Source: an uncultured cyanobacterium (lineage in GTDB: Bacteria; Cyanobacteriota; Cyanobacteriia; Pseudanabaenales; Pseudanabaenaceae). Taken from it: a DNA stretch of 64,000 nucleotides. The DNA lies in the NCBI GenBank assembly GCA_963703315.1, contig OY969811.1, forward strand, positions 128,001 through 192,000, read 5' to 3'. The notes under the pieces are model-generated. The model did no database searches and had not been told where the DNA came from. It saw only the letters and a list, made by a program, of their open reading frames with translations. A program made the position numbers and the translations under genes. Shown in pieces: positions 42,458-51,235 of the stretch; the stretch's first letter is position 1, and each line of letters begins with the position of its first letter.

Positions 42458-42611
42458 AGGGTCACTCCTCACTTGCTGATCGTGTCAAACTTAATAGTAA
42501 TAAATGTCATTAGTCTAAGAATAGTTTAAACACTTTTGGAATTATTGCAAGATAAAATTAGTAAAATAGTTGATTATTACTTTCAATAACTTTGCTGTTG
42601 GGTTTCCACAA

Positions 42612-42691
42612 ATTAAAAACCAGAGCCAAAATCTGTGGCGCACGCGCAGCGTGCGCCACAGATTTTGGGGTTTTATATTTAATTGCGCCCA
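42612..42691. repeat. family A palindromic element
   Basis: CCAAAATCTGTGGCGCACGC-GCA-GCGTGCGCCACAGATTTTGG...TTTAATTGCGCCCAG. Confidence 0.85.
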
Positions 42692-42801
42692 GAGTTACAA
42701 ATTCCACAATTAAGACCAGTGATCCTAAAGGAAAACAGACGATCTTGATTGAATATAGGATGTATTGGCTAGAATCTACCTAGCGTTCAACAACCGAGCC
42801 T

Positions 42802-44329
42802 GTGGTACAAATACTCGAAAATCCCTTACGGGTTGGTTTACAGCAAGAAAGAACCCCTGAGCCTTTGATCCTCGTGATCTTTGGGGCTTCGGGTGATTTG
42901 ACTATCCGAAAGCTTGTTCCAGCAATTTATAATCTCAAACAACAGCGTCGCCTCCCCCCCGAACTGACAATCGTTGGTGTGGCACGCAGACCTTGGAGTC
43001 ATGATTACTTCCGCGAACAAATGCGCGAGGGCATCGAAAAGTTCTCAGTGGGCATTGGGGCAGAAGCAATTTGGCAAGATTTTGCGGAGGGCTTGTATTA
43101 TCAATCCCTTGATATGAGTAATCTTGAGGATTATCGTAAACTCGATGAATTTTTAGGGAAACTGGACAAAGAAAGAGGCACTCGCGGTAATCGCGTCTTT
43201 TACTTAGCGGTTTCACCGAACTACTTTACCGATGCGATCGAGAAGTTAGGTGAGGCGGGCATGATTAAAAATCCTCAGAAAACCCGACTGGTGATTGAGA
43301 AACCCTTCGGTCGTGATTTGTCATCATGTCAAGACTTAAATCGCGTCGTCCAGAAATCCTGTGACGAAAAACAGATTTATCGGATTGATCATTACTTAGG
43401 TAAGGAAACTGTTCAAAATCTTTTGGTGCTGCGGTTTGCCAATGCGATTTTTGAACCGTTATGGAATCGGCAGTTTATCGACCATATCCAAATTACAGTT
43501 GCAGAAACTGTCGGTGTTGAAGATCGGGCTGGCTATTACGAAAACTCTGGCGCACTCAGAGATATGTTGCAAAACCATTTGATGCAACTATTTTGCTTGA
43601 CGGCAATGGAACCGCCCAATTCTCTGGATGCTGACTCCCTACGCAATGAAAAGGTGAAGGTCATTCAGGCAACCCAACTCGCTGATACCCGATACTTAGA
43701 GCGATCGGCAGTGCGGGCGCAATATAGCGAGGGTTGGATGAAGGGCAAACAGGTGGAAGGCTATCGCCATGAGCCAAATGTAAATCCTGATTCCCTTGTA
43801 CCGACCTACGTTGCGATGAAGTTTGAGGTCAATAATTGGCGTTGGCAAGGCGTTCCCTTTTACTTGAGAACGGGCAAGCGGATGCCAAAAAAAGTCAGCG
43901 AAATTGCCATTCAGTTTCGTGATGTGCCTTATTTACTGTTTCAGTCGGCGGCTAAACAGGTATCACCAAATGTGTTGACGTTAAGGATTCAACCCAATGA
44001 GGGGATTGCCCTAAAGTTCGAGGCAAAAATGCCAGGGGCTGACCTGCGATCGCGATCGGTCGAAATGGACTTCGGCTATGGCAAAACCTTTGGTATTGAA
44101 GGCTCCGATGCTTACGATCGCCTTTTGTTAGACTGTATGTTAGGCGATCAGACTCTATTTACCCGTGGTGATGAAGTGGAAGCTGCTTGGAAAGTGGTGA
44201 CACCAGCGCTTACTGCATGGGAAATGCCCAACGATCCCAGCGTTGTTCCGCAATATGAGGCAGGAACTTGGCCCTTCTGAAGCTGAACAACTGATCGAAC
44301 GTGATGGGCGACAGTGGCGAAGACTTTGA
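42802..44329 (+). CDS. zwf: glucose-6-phosphate 1-dehydrogenase; frameshift near the 3' end (~44271)
   Basis: [33 protein letters not shown]. The in-frame ORF stops at 44280 (GTWPF*) while the expected tail [18 protein letters not shown] lies in the +1 frame to 44329. Confidence 0.92.
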
Positions 44330-44331
44330 TC

Positions 44332-44444
44332 AATTACGAATTATGAATTACGAATTACGAATTAATCACTCTGAAATTCGTAATTCGTAATTCGTAATTT
44401 CTAACTCCTAATTTCTAATTCGTAATTCGTAATTTCTAACTCCT
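44332..44444. repeat. heptamer short tandem repeats (STRR-like) in inverted arrangement
   Basis: (AATTACG)n, then (TAATTCG / TAATTTC / TAACTCC)n up to the opcA ATG. Confidence 0.9.
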
Positions 44445-45569
44445 ATGAATACGCAAGCAACTTCTGTTGTATCTTTGCAAGCTCCCAAAGATGTCTCAGT
44501 ATCTCAAGTCGAAGCTGAGCTAAGTAAAATCTGGCAGTCTCATGGCGACAGTTCAGCCGTTCGTGCCACCACGTTTAATCTGTTGGTTTACGAACCAGAA
44601 ACAATGGGTACTGCATCACGGATGGCTTCTGTGGATGCGATCGTTTCTCAAAGCCCCTGTAGAGTCATCGATCTTGTGACTCTGGATGAGGAAGATCAAG
44701 GTATCTCGGCTCAAGTGGCAGCCTATTGCCCGATTCAAAAAAGCCGTAGTTCCTTGGTTTGTGGTGAATATATCACCCTCAGTGGGGCAAAACGTGCTTT
44801 TGATCGCGTCCATAGCATTCTTCCAGAGTTACTGATCCCCGACTTACCTGTATTTTTGTGGTGGAAGGATAGCCCTGCACCAAATACAAGGATGTTTGAG
44901 AAGCTGGTCAATTTAAGCGATCGCCTCATTATGGACTCAGCAGCATTCGGCAATTCTGAAGCAGATTTGCTTAAAGTTCAGGGCATGGTGAAATCAGGCA
45001 CGCAAATTGCTGATCTAAATTGGCAACGTCTTGCACCTTGGCAAGAACTTACGGCTCAAGCCTTTGACCAACCCGATCGCCGTGCTGCCGTTTGGGAAAT
45101 TGATGGCATCACCATTGATTACGAACGTGGTAACAGTACCCAAGCTCTGATGTTTCTTGGCTGGATCGCTAGTCGTCTGGGATGGGAACCGATTGAGCGT
45201 ACTAAAGAGGGTGGTGATTACGATATTCAGCACATTATGTTTGAAGGTCGCAACCACATCAAAATCAATGCTGAATTAGCGGCGATCCCCATTGGTGATG
45301 TCGGTGAAGTCATTGGCGATCTCATTGGTTTACGCTTAACCGCATCGAATCAAAATACCGATGCTTGTAATGTGTTCTGCTCGGAGTCCACAGGTTGTAT
45401 GCGGATGGAAGCTGGTGGTGGAGCGCAAAACTATCGTGTCCATCAAGTATCACCGTTGTCTGATCAAAGTGTGGATACCTTGCTTGGTCAACAATTACAA
45501 CGTTGGGGTCAAGAGGTTCTCTATGAGGAAAGTCTCGAACTTACGGCAAAAATCCTCGCCATAATATAA
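44445..45569 (+). CDS. opcA: G6PDH assembly/activator protein OpcA
   Basis: Directly downstream of zwf; RATTFNL, PCRVIDL, AYCP, DLPVFLWW, DLNWQRL.PWQE. Confidence 0.93.
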   Translation: MNTQATSVVSLQAPKDVSVSQVEAELSKIWQSHGDSSAVRATTFNLLVYEPETMGTASRMASVDAIVSQSPCRVIDLVTLDEEDQGISAQVAAYCPIQKSRSSLVCGEYITLSGAKRAFDRVHSILPELLIPDLPVFLWWKDSPAPNTRMFEKLVNLSDRLIMDSAAFGNSEADLLKVQGMVKSGTQIADLNWQRLAPWQELTAQAFDQPDRRAAVWEIDGITIDYERGNSTQALMFLGWIASRLGWEPIERTKEGGDYDIQHIMFEGRNHIKINAELAAIPIGDVGEVIGDLIGLRLTASNQNTDACNVFCSESTGCMRMEAGGGAQNYRVHQVSPLSDQSVDTLLGQQLQRWGQEVLYEESLELTAKILAII

Positions 45570-45601
45570 AAAGAAGGCTCGCTGTGCGAGCCTTCTTTTA
45601 A
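45567..45601 (+). terminator. probable intrinsic terminator after opcA
   Basis: AAAAGAAGGCTCGC-TGT-GCGAGCCTTCTTTT. Confidence 0.6.
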
Positions 45602-45602
45602 T

Positions 45603-45740
45603 TAGGACTTACGCAAATCAATCAAGAACTAAAGTTCTTGGCTTAAAGCTAAAGTCGGCTAAAGCAGACTACATCCCATTTCCGATCAACCCGTTTTAAC
45701 GGGTTTAAGCTTTCAGCCCGTAATTTATTACAGGGCTATT
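45603..45740. repeat. composite REP-like repeat
   Basis: TAGGACTTACGCA end followed by hairpins CAAGAACT..AGTTCTTG, AACCCGTT-TT-AACGGGTT and AGCCCGTAAT..ATTACAGGGCT. Confidence 0.5.
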
Positions 45741-45760
45741 ACTTTTTAAAATTCTTCTTT

Positions 45761-46081
45761 TTAAAATTCTTCGATTTCCAATTGTCCAACAATAAAAGCG
45801 ACACAGCCGAAAGCAAAGGTAATTGGCAGTGGATTTTTGAAAATAAAGCTAAAGATTGATGCTAAACAGGAAATAGCGATCGCTGCAAATGTCCAAGATT
45901 TTTCATCATCGCTCATACCTTTAGCCTTTTTAATTTTACGAAGGGTGGCATTTGGTATTGGCAATGGCATTACCGAGCTTGGTGGAAACGCCCAATAATT
46001 ACAGCAGCGTTCAACAAATAGGTCAGTCCAGCCATTCTCTTGACACCATTCATCAATCCATTCATCCCGAAAACGCTTCAT
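45761..46081 (-). CDS. conserved cyanobacterial membrane protein (slr1957-like)
   Basis: EWIDEWCQENGWTDLF.ER...YWAFPP.SVMP.PIP; two C-terminal TM helices. Confidence 0.7.
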   Translation of the reverse strand: MKRFRDEWIDEWCQENGWTDLFVERCCNYWAFPPSSVMPLPIPNATLRKIKKAKGMSDDEKSWTFAAIAISCLASIFSFIFKNPLPITFAFGCVAFIVGQLEIEEF

Positions 46082-46252
46082 ATACAAAAATTATCAGTAG
46101 TTCTCTAAACAGAGAAACATGAGCGGCACTTGAGTGCTACTCATGTTTCTTGTACTTAGGTTATCAGCAGATTCTATGATTGGAGGATAAGTTACAAAAA
46201 CTTAAAGATGCATAGCATCTTTAAGTTTTTGAATTGGTATTATGGTCTAGAT

Positions 46253-46549
46253 TTATTGTTTCGCTTCAACGTTTACGAATGAGTTGTCACACATATCGAA
46301 AACTGTAGTTTTCCCCGTCGCTAAAGATGACGTTAAATAATATTTACTAATTTTACCTTGGGTATTACGACGATTGACTTGGACATCTCTGACTGTCTTG
46401 CTAGTCGCATTGGTTGCTGTGTAGGTTACACAGTTGGGTCTAGAAGATTGTGTTGTTGATATAGAAAGGTAAACAATTGGGGATTGAGATTGAGCAATGA
46501 TTTGGACTTGGGCGGATTGAACTGGCAAACTTAGAAATAAGTCAAGCAT
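46253..46549 (-). CDS. small hypothetical protein, possibly secreted
   Basis: 98-aa ORF with 2 Cys and a beta-rich pattern. Confidence 0.5.
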   Translation of the reverse strand: MLDLFLSLPVQSAQVQIIAQSQSPIVYLSISTTQSSRPNCVTYTATNATSKTVRDVQVNRRNTQGKISKYYLTSSLATGKTTVFDMCDNSFVNVEAKQ

Positions 46550-46596
46550 AATTTTTAGAATATCATGATCTAATTTATAGATATTCCCCTCTAAAA

Positions 46597-46816
46597 ACCC
46601 ACATTCCGCTCTTATTTTACTGAAAAAAATATTTAGAAAACAAATCCTTATACAGTAAGTATTTTGGGCTTTCGTCAGAAAAATACCACTATCTTAATAT
46701 TGTCAATAATGACGTACTAATAGGAGTCATTATCATTAATTTTCCAGAAAATCGCTGAAACCCTCATTGTCTCGTTGTAAATATTTTTAGGCCTCCATTA
46801 CGAGCGGAATGTGGGT
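46597..46816. mobile_element. 220-bp MITE with 15-bp perfect terminal inverted repeats
   Basis: ACCCACATTCCGCTC (46597-46611) ... GAGCGGAATGTGGGT (46802-46816); non-coding AT-rich interior; A-rich flanks. Confidence 0.75.
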
Positions 46817-46890
46817 AAAAATTAATGTTAGCTTGTTTTAGGTATAAAAAACCTGATAAATAAAATCAAGTAACTAATAAATAACTAAAC

Positions 46891-47595
46891 TCAAATACTC
46901 AATTGTGTAACTGCAATGTTTCCAGAGAAGCAAACATCAACATCGGTATTGGGGGAGCGATCGCGTTGATTGTAGAGACCTGAATAGGTAACTTGATCGC
47001 CATTCACCTTAAAAGCTAAGGGCAATGGTTGACTCGACTTTTTGCAAAATATAAGTTCAGGCCTCTTCTGAAGTTCATCAGTTGTCAAATGGGGCAAATT
47101 CACATTCCAATAGGACTGGGACGGTAATTTAATTTCTAGAAGCTGCTGAATAACTCTCGCGGTAGTCTCTGCTGCCCAAGCCCAATCAAAAGCCTTATGC
47201 CGATCGCGATAATGGGAAATAGCGATCGCAGGAATATTATGAAAAGCTGCTTCCCTCACTGCTGCGACTGTCCCTGACATATAGACATCCACGCCCATAT
47301 TGCCGCCATGATTGATTCCCGAAAGTACCAGTTGCACATCACTATATAAATGCGCGATCGCCACCCTTACACAGTCCGCAGGTGAGCCATCAATGGCATA
47401 GGCATGATCCCCCAGATCATCACGTTTGTTAATCGCGATCGGTGCGTGCGTGGTTACTTGATGTCCACATCCCGAATACTGCCGTGATGGGGCAGCGATC
47501 GCCCCCTTCCGTCCAAACACTAATTCCGTAGCTTTTTGCAAAGACCAAATGCCCTCAGCATCAATGCCATCGTCATTAGTCAAAATAATTGTCAT
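46891..47595 (-). CDS. surE: 5'/3'-nucleotidase SurE
   Basis: ILTNDDGI, SGCGH, GSPADCV, SGINHGGN, YMSGTVAAVREA, NVNLP. Confidence 0.93.
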   Translation of the reverse strand: MTIILTNDDGIDAEGIWSLQKATELVFGRKGAIAAPSRQYSGCGHQVTTHAPIAINKRDDLGDHAYAIDGSPADCVRVAIAHLYSDVQLVLSGINHGGNMGVDVYMSGTVAAVREAAFHNIPAIAISHYRDRHKAFDWAWAAETTARVIQQLLEIKLPSQSYWNVNLPHLTTDELQKRPELIFCKKSSQPLPLAFKVNGDQVTYSGLYNQRDRSPNTDVDVCFSGNIAVTQLSI

Positions 47596-47673
47596 GGATT
47601 TTTGCTTATCCCACTTAGTGCTGATTGATTAAAGAATCGCACCCTGCGCTTCTTTAACCAATTTCTGATTAAA

Positions 47674-47728
47674 GAAGCAAGAATTTTTAAAAGTGTTGCG
47701 GAGCAACACTTTTAAAAATTCTTGCTTC
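47674..47728. repeat. perfect 26-bp-arm hairpin with GGA triloop
   Basis: GAAGCAAGAATTTTTAAAAGTGTTGC-GGA-GCAACACTTTTAAAAATTCTTGCTTC. Confidence 0.85.
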
Positions 47729-47755
47729 GGGTCTGAGCGCAAAGCGCTGTAGAAA

Positions 47756-47974
47756 TTAAGCTGCTTGTTCTTCCAATTGATCTTTGTGCAGCCAAATTAC
47801 AGGGGTTGGTACTTTACCAAACTTGATTTGGACATAATCGCCTCGAAACTCCACAACTTCACCCCATGTCTCAAAAATGTAAGGTGACCAACGGGTATCA
47901 TTTGCCGTTGCTTCAGGGCTATTGTCTAGCTTTTCACGAATTGCGCGAACAAGTGTACCTTTTTTCAGTGCCAT
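47756..47974 (-). CDS. ndhO: NAD(P)H-quinone oxidoreductase subunit O
   Basis: [31 protein letters not shown]...[15 protein letters not shown]. Confidence 0.9.
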   Translation of the reverse strand: MALKKGTLVRAIREKLDNSPEATANDTRWSPYIFETWGEVVEFRGDYVQIKFGKVPTPVIWLHKDQLEEQAA

Positions 47975-48015
47975 AGTATTTACTGCAACAAATTATTAAT
48001 AATTTAAAACTTCTC

Positions 48016-48110
48016 AGTAGCTGGGCATAGTTAAAAACCAAAACCAGAGCTTGTGCCGCCCGCGTAGCGGGCGGTACAAGCTTCTAGGTTTTAAGTTATG
48101 CCTAGCTACT
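48016..48110. repeat. family A variant element
   Basis: AGTAGCTGGGCATA...TGTGCCGCCCGC-GTA-GCGGGCGGTACA...TATGCCTAGCTACT. Confidence 0.8.
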
Positions 48111-48182
48111 TACTAGGTATTGTATAGCAAACCCCAAATAATTTTTTGTTAGGATAGGCTGCATGAATTGGGGCTAACTGCT

Positions 48183-48428
48183 ATGTGTATCTGCATTAAC
48201 TGCACCTATGTCGATCGCTGCATTACTTATCACTCGGTTGAGTCACTCCATCTCCAACCACATTTAACTGATACTCCTGACTTTGAGGCAACTTCACCAA
48301 CAATTAATGTCAACATCAAAACCTCTGAAGATATTCAAATGGAATGGGATGTTGTGGGTTGTGAGAGCTTTTCTCCTGAGATGGGAAAATGGAGCAAATT
48401 GCGTCCGGGGGAACTTGTTCCCACTTAA
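48183..48428 (+). CDS. ycf34: Ycf34 family protein
   Basis: MCICINC.YVDRC.TYH.VE..H.QPHL...EWDVVGC.SF..E.GKW..LRPGE.VPT. Confidence 0.92.
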   Translation: MCICINCTYVDRCITYHSVESLHLQPHLTDTPDFEATSPTINVNIKTSEDIQMEWDVVGCESFSPEMGKWSKLRPGELVPT

Positions 48429-48519
48429 GCATTTGGATCTGGCTGCAAAGAATCGCGCAGAGCATGATTCTTTGCAGTCCAAAGCGGCTTAAGATACCTC
48501 AAGAGCAAATTAGGATTTC

Positions 48520-49500
48520 ATGACCATAGTGATCAAGCCATTTTTGTTATGTGCTTTGCTAGGATTATCTTTTAGCGATTATTTTCTGCCCAATGTTAAA
48601 GATGTTGACCACAGCGATCAGATTCTCGTAACTGCGGAAAACCCAATATCTACAATGAAATCCCGATCGCCAGATTTTGAGAATCATCTGGCGATCGCTG
48701 ATGCTTCTGCCGAGAAACGAGAATATCAGAGATTAATGCAGTCATTGATGCAGACACTAGGCGATCGCCCATTAGCTGAATTAACCATAGATAAAGCTCT
48801 CCAAACTGTTTCCACTAAATTTCTGGGAGCAACCTATCGCGAAGGTTTGTTAGATCAAAGCGAAACCGAAAAATTATTTGTTTCACTCACAGAATTCGAC
48901 TGTGTACTATTTGTAGAGACAGTTTTAGCATTCTCTCGTAATTTACTTTCAGCCAATCCAAGTTATGAGAATTTTGTCGAAAATATCCAAACCGTGAGAT
49001 ATACAGATGGCAAACTAGACGGCTATTGTAGTCGTCTGCATTATTTCTCAGAATGGATACGTGATAATCAAAAGCGCAACATCGTCAGGGATATAACCGC
49101 CGATTTAGGAGGGATTTCATTATCCAAAACCCTAAATTTTATGAGTAGCAATTGGCAAAAATATCCCCGTCTCAAGAACAGTGAAGCCAATTATCAATGC
49201 ATTGTGGCAATGGAAAAGAGAATGGAACTAGAAATGCGATCGCAACCCTTACGATATATTCCATCGCATCAAATTCATGGGATTTATCCATTACTAAAAT
49301 CTGGTGATATTGTCGCTGTAGTAACCGATATCAAAGGACTAGATGCCACCCATACAGGGCTTGCTTATCCCACATCTAATGGCATTGGCTTCATCCATGC
49401 ATCACCATCAGGCAAAGTAAAGGTTTCTGCTGATCTTCAGCGTTATGTGGAAAGAGTTGATCATGCGATCGGGATTATGGTTGCCCGTCCTGAATATTAG
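48520..49500 (+). CDS. DUF1460 N-acetylmuramoyl-L-alanine amidase-like (NlpC/P60-related)
   Basis: FLGATY, FDCVLFVETVLA, RLHYFSEW, GLDATHTG, FIHAS. Confidence 0.85.
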   Translation: MTIVIKPFLLCALLGLSFSDYFLPNVKDVDHSDQILVTAENPISTMKSRSPDFENHLAIADASAEKREYQRLMQSLMQTLGDRPLAELTIDKALQTVSTKFLGATYREGLLDQSETEKLFVSLTEFDCVLFVETVLAFSRNLLSANPSYENFVENIQTVRYTDGKLDGYCSRLHYFSEWIRDNQKRNIVRDITADLGGISLSKTLNFMSSNWQKYPRLKNSEANYQCIVAMEKRMELEMRSQPLRYIPSHQIHGIYPLLKSGDIVAVVTDIKGLDATHTGLAYPTSNGIGFIHASPSGKVKVSADLQRYVERVDHAIGIMVARPEY

Positions 49501-49547
49501 CCAAAAACTGCAAAGCAGTTTTTGGCTAATATTCAGCTAATATTCAG
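49490..49547. terminator. bidirectional hairpin between convergent DUF1460 and prmA genes
   Basis: 22-bp perfect arms (49490-49511 / 49515-49536), followed by an extra CTAATATTCAG. Confidence 0.65.
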
Positions 49548-50460
49548 ATCGTCTAATCGTTAAACAAGCCCATTCTTGACGTTTCCAAAAAGTAGCGATT
49601 ACCCATTTATGAGCATCAAGTGCTTCGGCAACCTTGGGTACTTGCTCGACTAAAATTCCACTTAAGATTCCCCAACCATGTTCATCGACGAGCTTATCGA
49701 AATAGGGAACCATCTCTACGATGATATCCGCAAGGATATTACAAGTAAAACCATTGGCAGGAGCAGGCATATTCGCAATCAAATCTTGAATACTACCTTC
49801 TGCAACCCAGATTTTTTCTTCAGGGATATTATTGAGTTCGCGATTGTGATTAGTTGCTTTGATCGCCAAAATATCATTGTCGATCGCATAAGTCTGCCCC
49901 GCACCAATTAGCAATGCACCAATACTGAGAATCCCTGAACCACAACCCACATCGGCAACTACCACATTATCTTCAGGCTTGACACCCCAAAGCCGCATTT
50001 CTAAGGCTTCTAAACAAAGCTGCGTTGTCGCATGAGCGCCTGTACCAAACGCACTACCGGGGTCAAGACGTAAAATTTTGCGATCGCCATCGGTGGGTGG
50101 ATCAATCCAAGCAGGATAAATGACCAACATATCGCCAATTTCCTGTGGACTCCAATGTTGTTTCCAGCTAGACGACCAATCCTCGTCATTAATTACAGTC
50201 CATTGCGTAGTTGGCGCTTCATAATCAATCGCGATCGCATCTTGCTTGAGCCATAGCGCTAATGCCGCCAGATCTAAGACATTCCCCTTCTCGACGGGCA
50301 AATAGCTACTTACGCGCATCTGACCATCTTTTTTTTGGCTTGCCATACCTTGACAGCCAAAACTTTGTAATCGCCAAAAAATTTGCTCTTCTAGAGTTTG
50401 GTCGGCGATAACTTGGATTTCCCACCAACTGTTATTTGAGGTAATCATCGAAGGTGACAT
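49537..50460 (-). CDS. prmA: ribosomal protein L11 methyltransferase
   Basis: EDWSSSWKQHW, LDPGSAFGTGAHATT, DVGCGSGILS, CNILA, ILSGIL; start 50460 or 50448. Confidence 0.93.
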   Translation of the reverse strand: MSPSMITSNNSWWEIQVIADQTLEEQIFWRLQSFGCQGMASQKKDGQMRVSSYLPVEKGNVLDLAALALWLKQDAIAIDYEAPTTQWTVINDEDWSSSWKQHWSPQEIGDMLVIYPAWIDPPTDGDRKILRLDPGSAFGTGAHATTQLCLEALEMRLWGVKPEDNVVVADVGCGSGILSIGALLIGAGQTYAIDNDILAIKATNHNRELNNIPEEKIWVAEGSIQDLIANMPAPANGFTCNILADIIVEMVPYFDKLVDEHGWGILSGILVEQVPKVAEALDAHKWVIATFWKRQEWACLTIRRSEY

Positions 50461-50550
50461 CTGGCGCTTATGACTATGGTATGAATGATTGTATTTGGAG
50501 CTAGGCGATCGCACGAAGCGCTGAATATCGTAACAATTTTTAGCTCTATT

Positions 50551-50952
50551 TTAGTCCTGAATATATTCTTGTTGCTGCAACAACGCTAATTCTGCTCGTT
50601 GTGCTTCCCGTCCCAGATAGGCAGCATGGTCGAATAGTGTAACAGGACAGGGTTGTGTTTTTTCAAAGATTTCCACACAAAGTTCCTTCGCAGTTCTACC
50701 TGTAAATAACTGCACCGCTTGACGATCAACCTTGCCTTTAGCAGGAATTGGCTTGCCAGTTTCAGGATCAACCGCTAACCCTTGGTCATTGATGATATTG
50801 CTATAGTGTTTGGCACAAATTAAATTTTGTTGACGATCAACATAAATAATGAAGTAACCACTAGGATCGAGAGCTAGCGATCGCTTAGATAATTGATCAT
50901 CAATTGTTTGGATTTGTTGGGCAAGAGTATTTGTTTCAGCAGTCAAATTCAT
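50551..50952 (-). CDS. DUF4346 family protein
   Basis: LDPSGYFII, FTGRTAKEL, DHAAYLGRE, YIQD C-terminus. Confidence 0.85.
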   Translation of the reverse strand: MNLTAETNTLAQQIQTIDDQLSKRSLALDPSGYFIIYVDRQQNLICAKHYSNIINDQGLAVDPETGKPIPAKGKVDRQAVQLFTGRTAKELCVEIFEKTQPCPVTLFDHAAYLGREAQRAELALLQQQEYIQD

Positions 50953-51019
50953 TAACTTAAGGACAAGAGAATATTTTTTAATTATTCATAATCATACGGC
51001 TTAACACTATACAATTCAC

Positions 51020-51143
51020 AACCGAAGAAGTGAGTGACAGCGCGAAGCACTACCACTCACTTCTTCGGTTTGTATGCTGACTATAGTTATAAAACCCATT
51101 CATAGAGTTGCGGCGCGAAGCGCCGCAACTCTATGAATGGGTT
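51020..51143. repeat. two adjacent GAA-triloop palindromes
   Basis: 51020-51070 (degenerate core) and 51093-51143 (perfect 24-bp arms, GCGC-GAA-GCGC core). Confidence 0.85.
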
Positions 51144-51235
51144 AACTTGTTTGGCTATGGCTATACAAGCTATACAATGAAGTACAACAGATTGATAGTA
51201 AATATCGTAAGCCTATACCTAGAGAGGCGATCGCC

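Noticed and set aside
42592..42783. 63-aa ORF upstream of zwf (also 11182-11367)
   Set aside because: It runs through family A repeat sequence; spurious.
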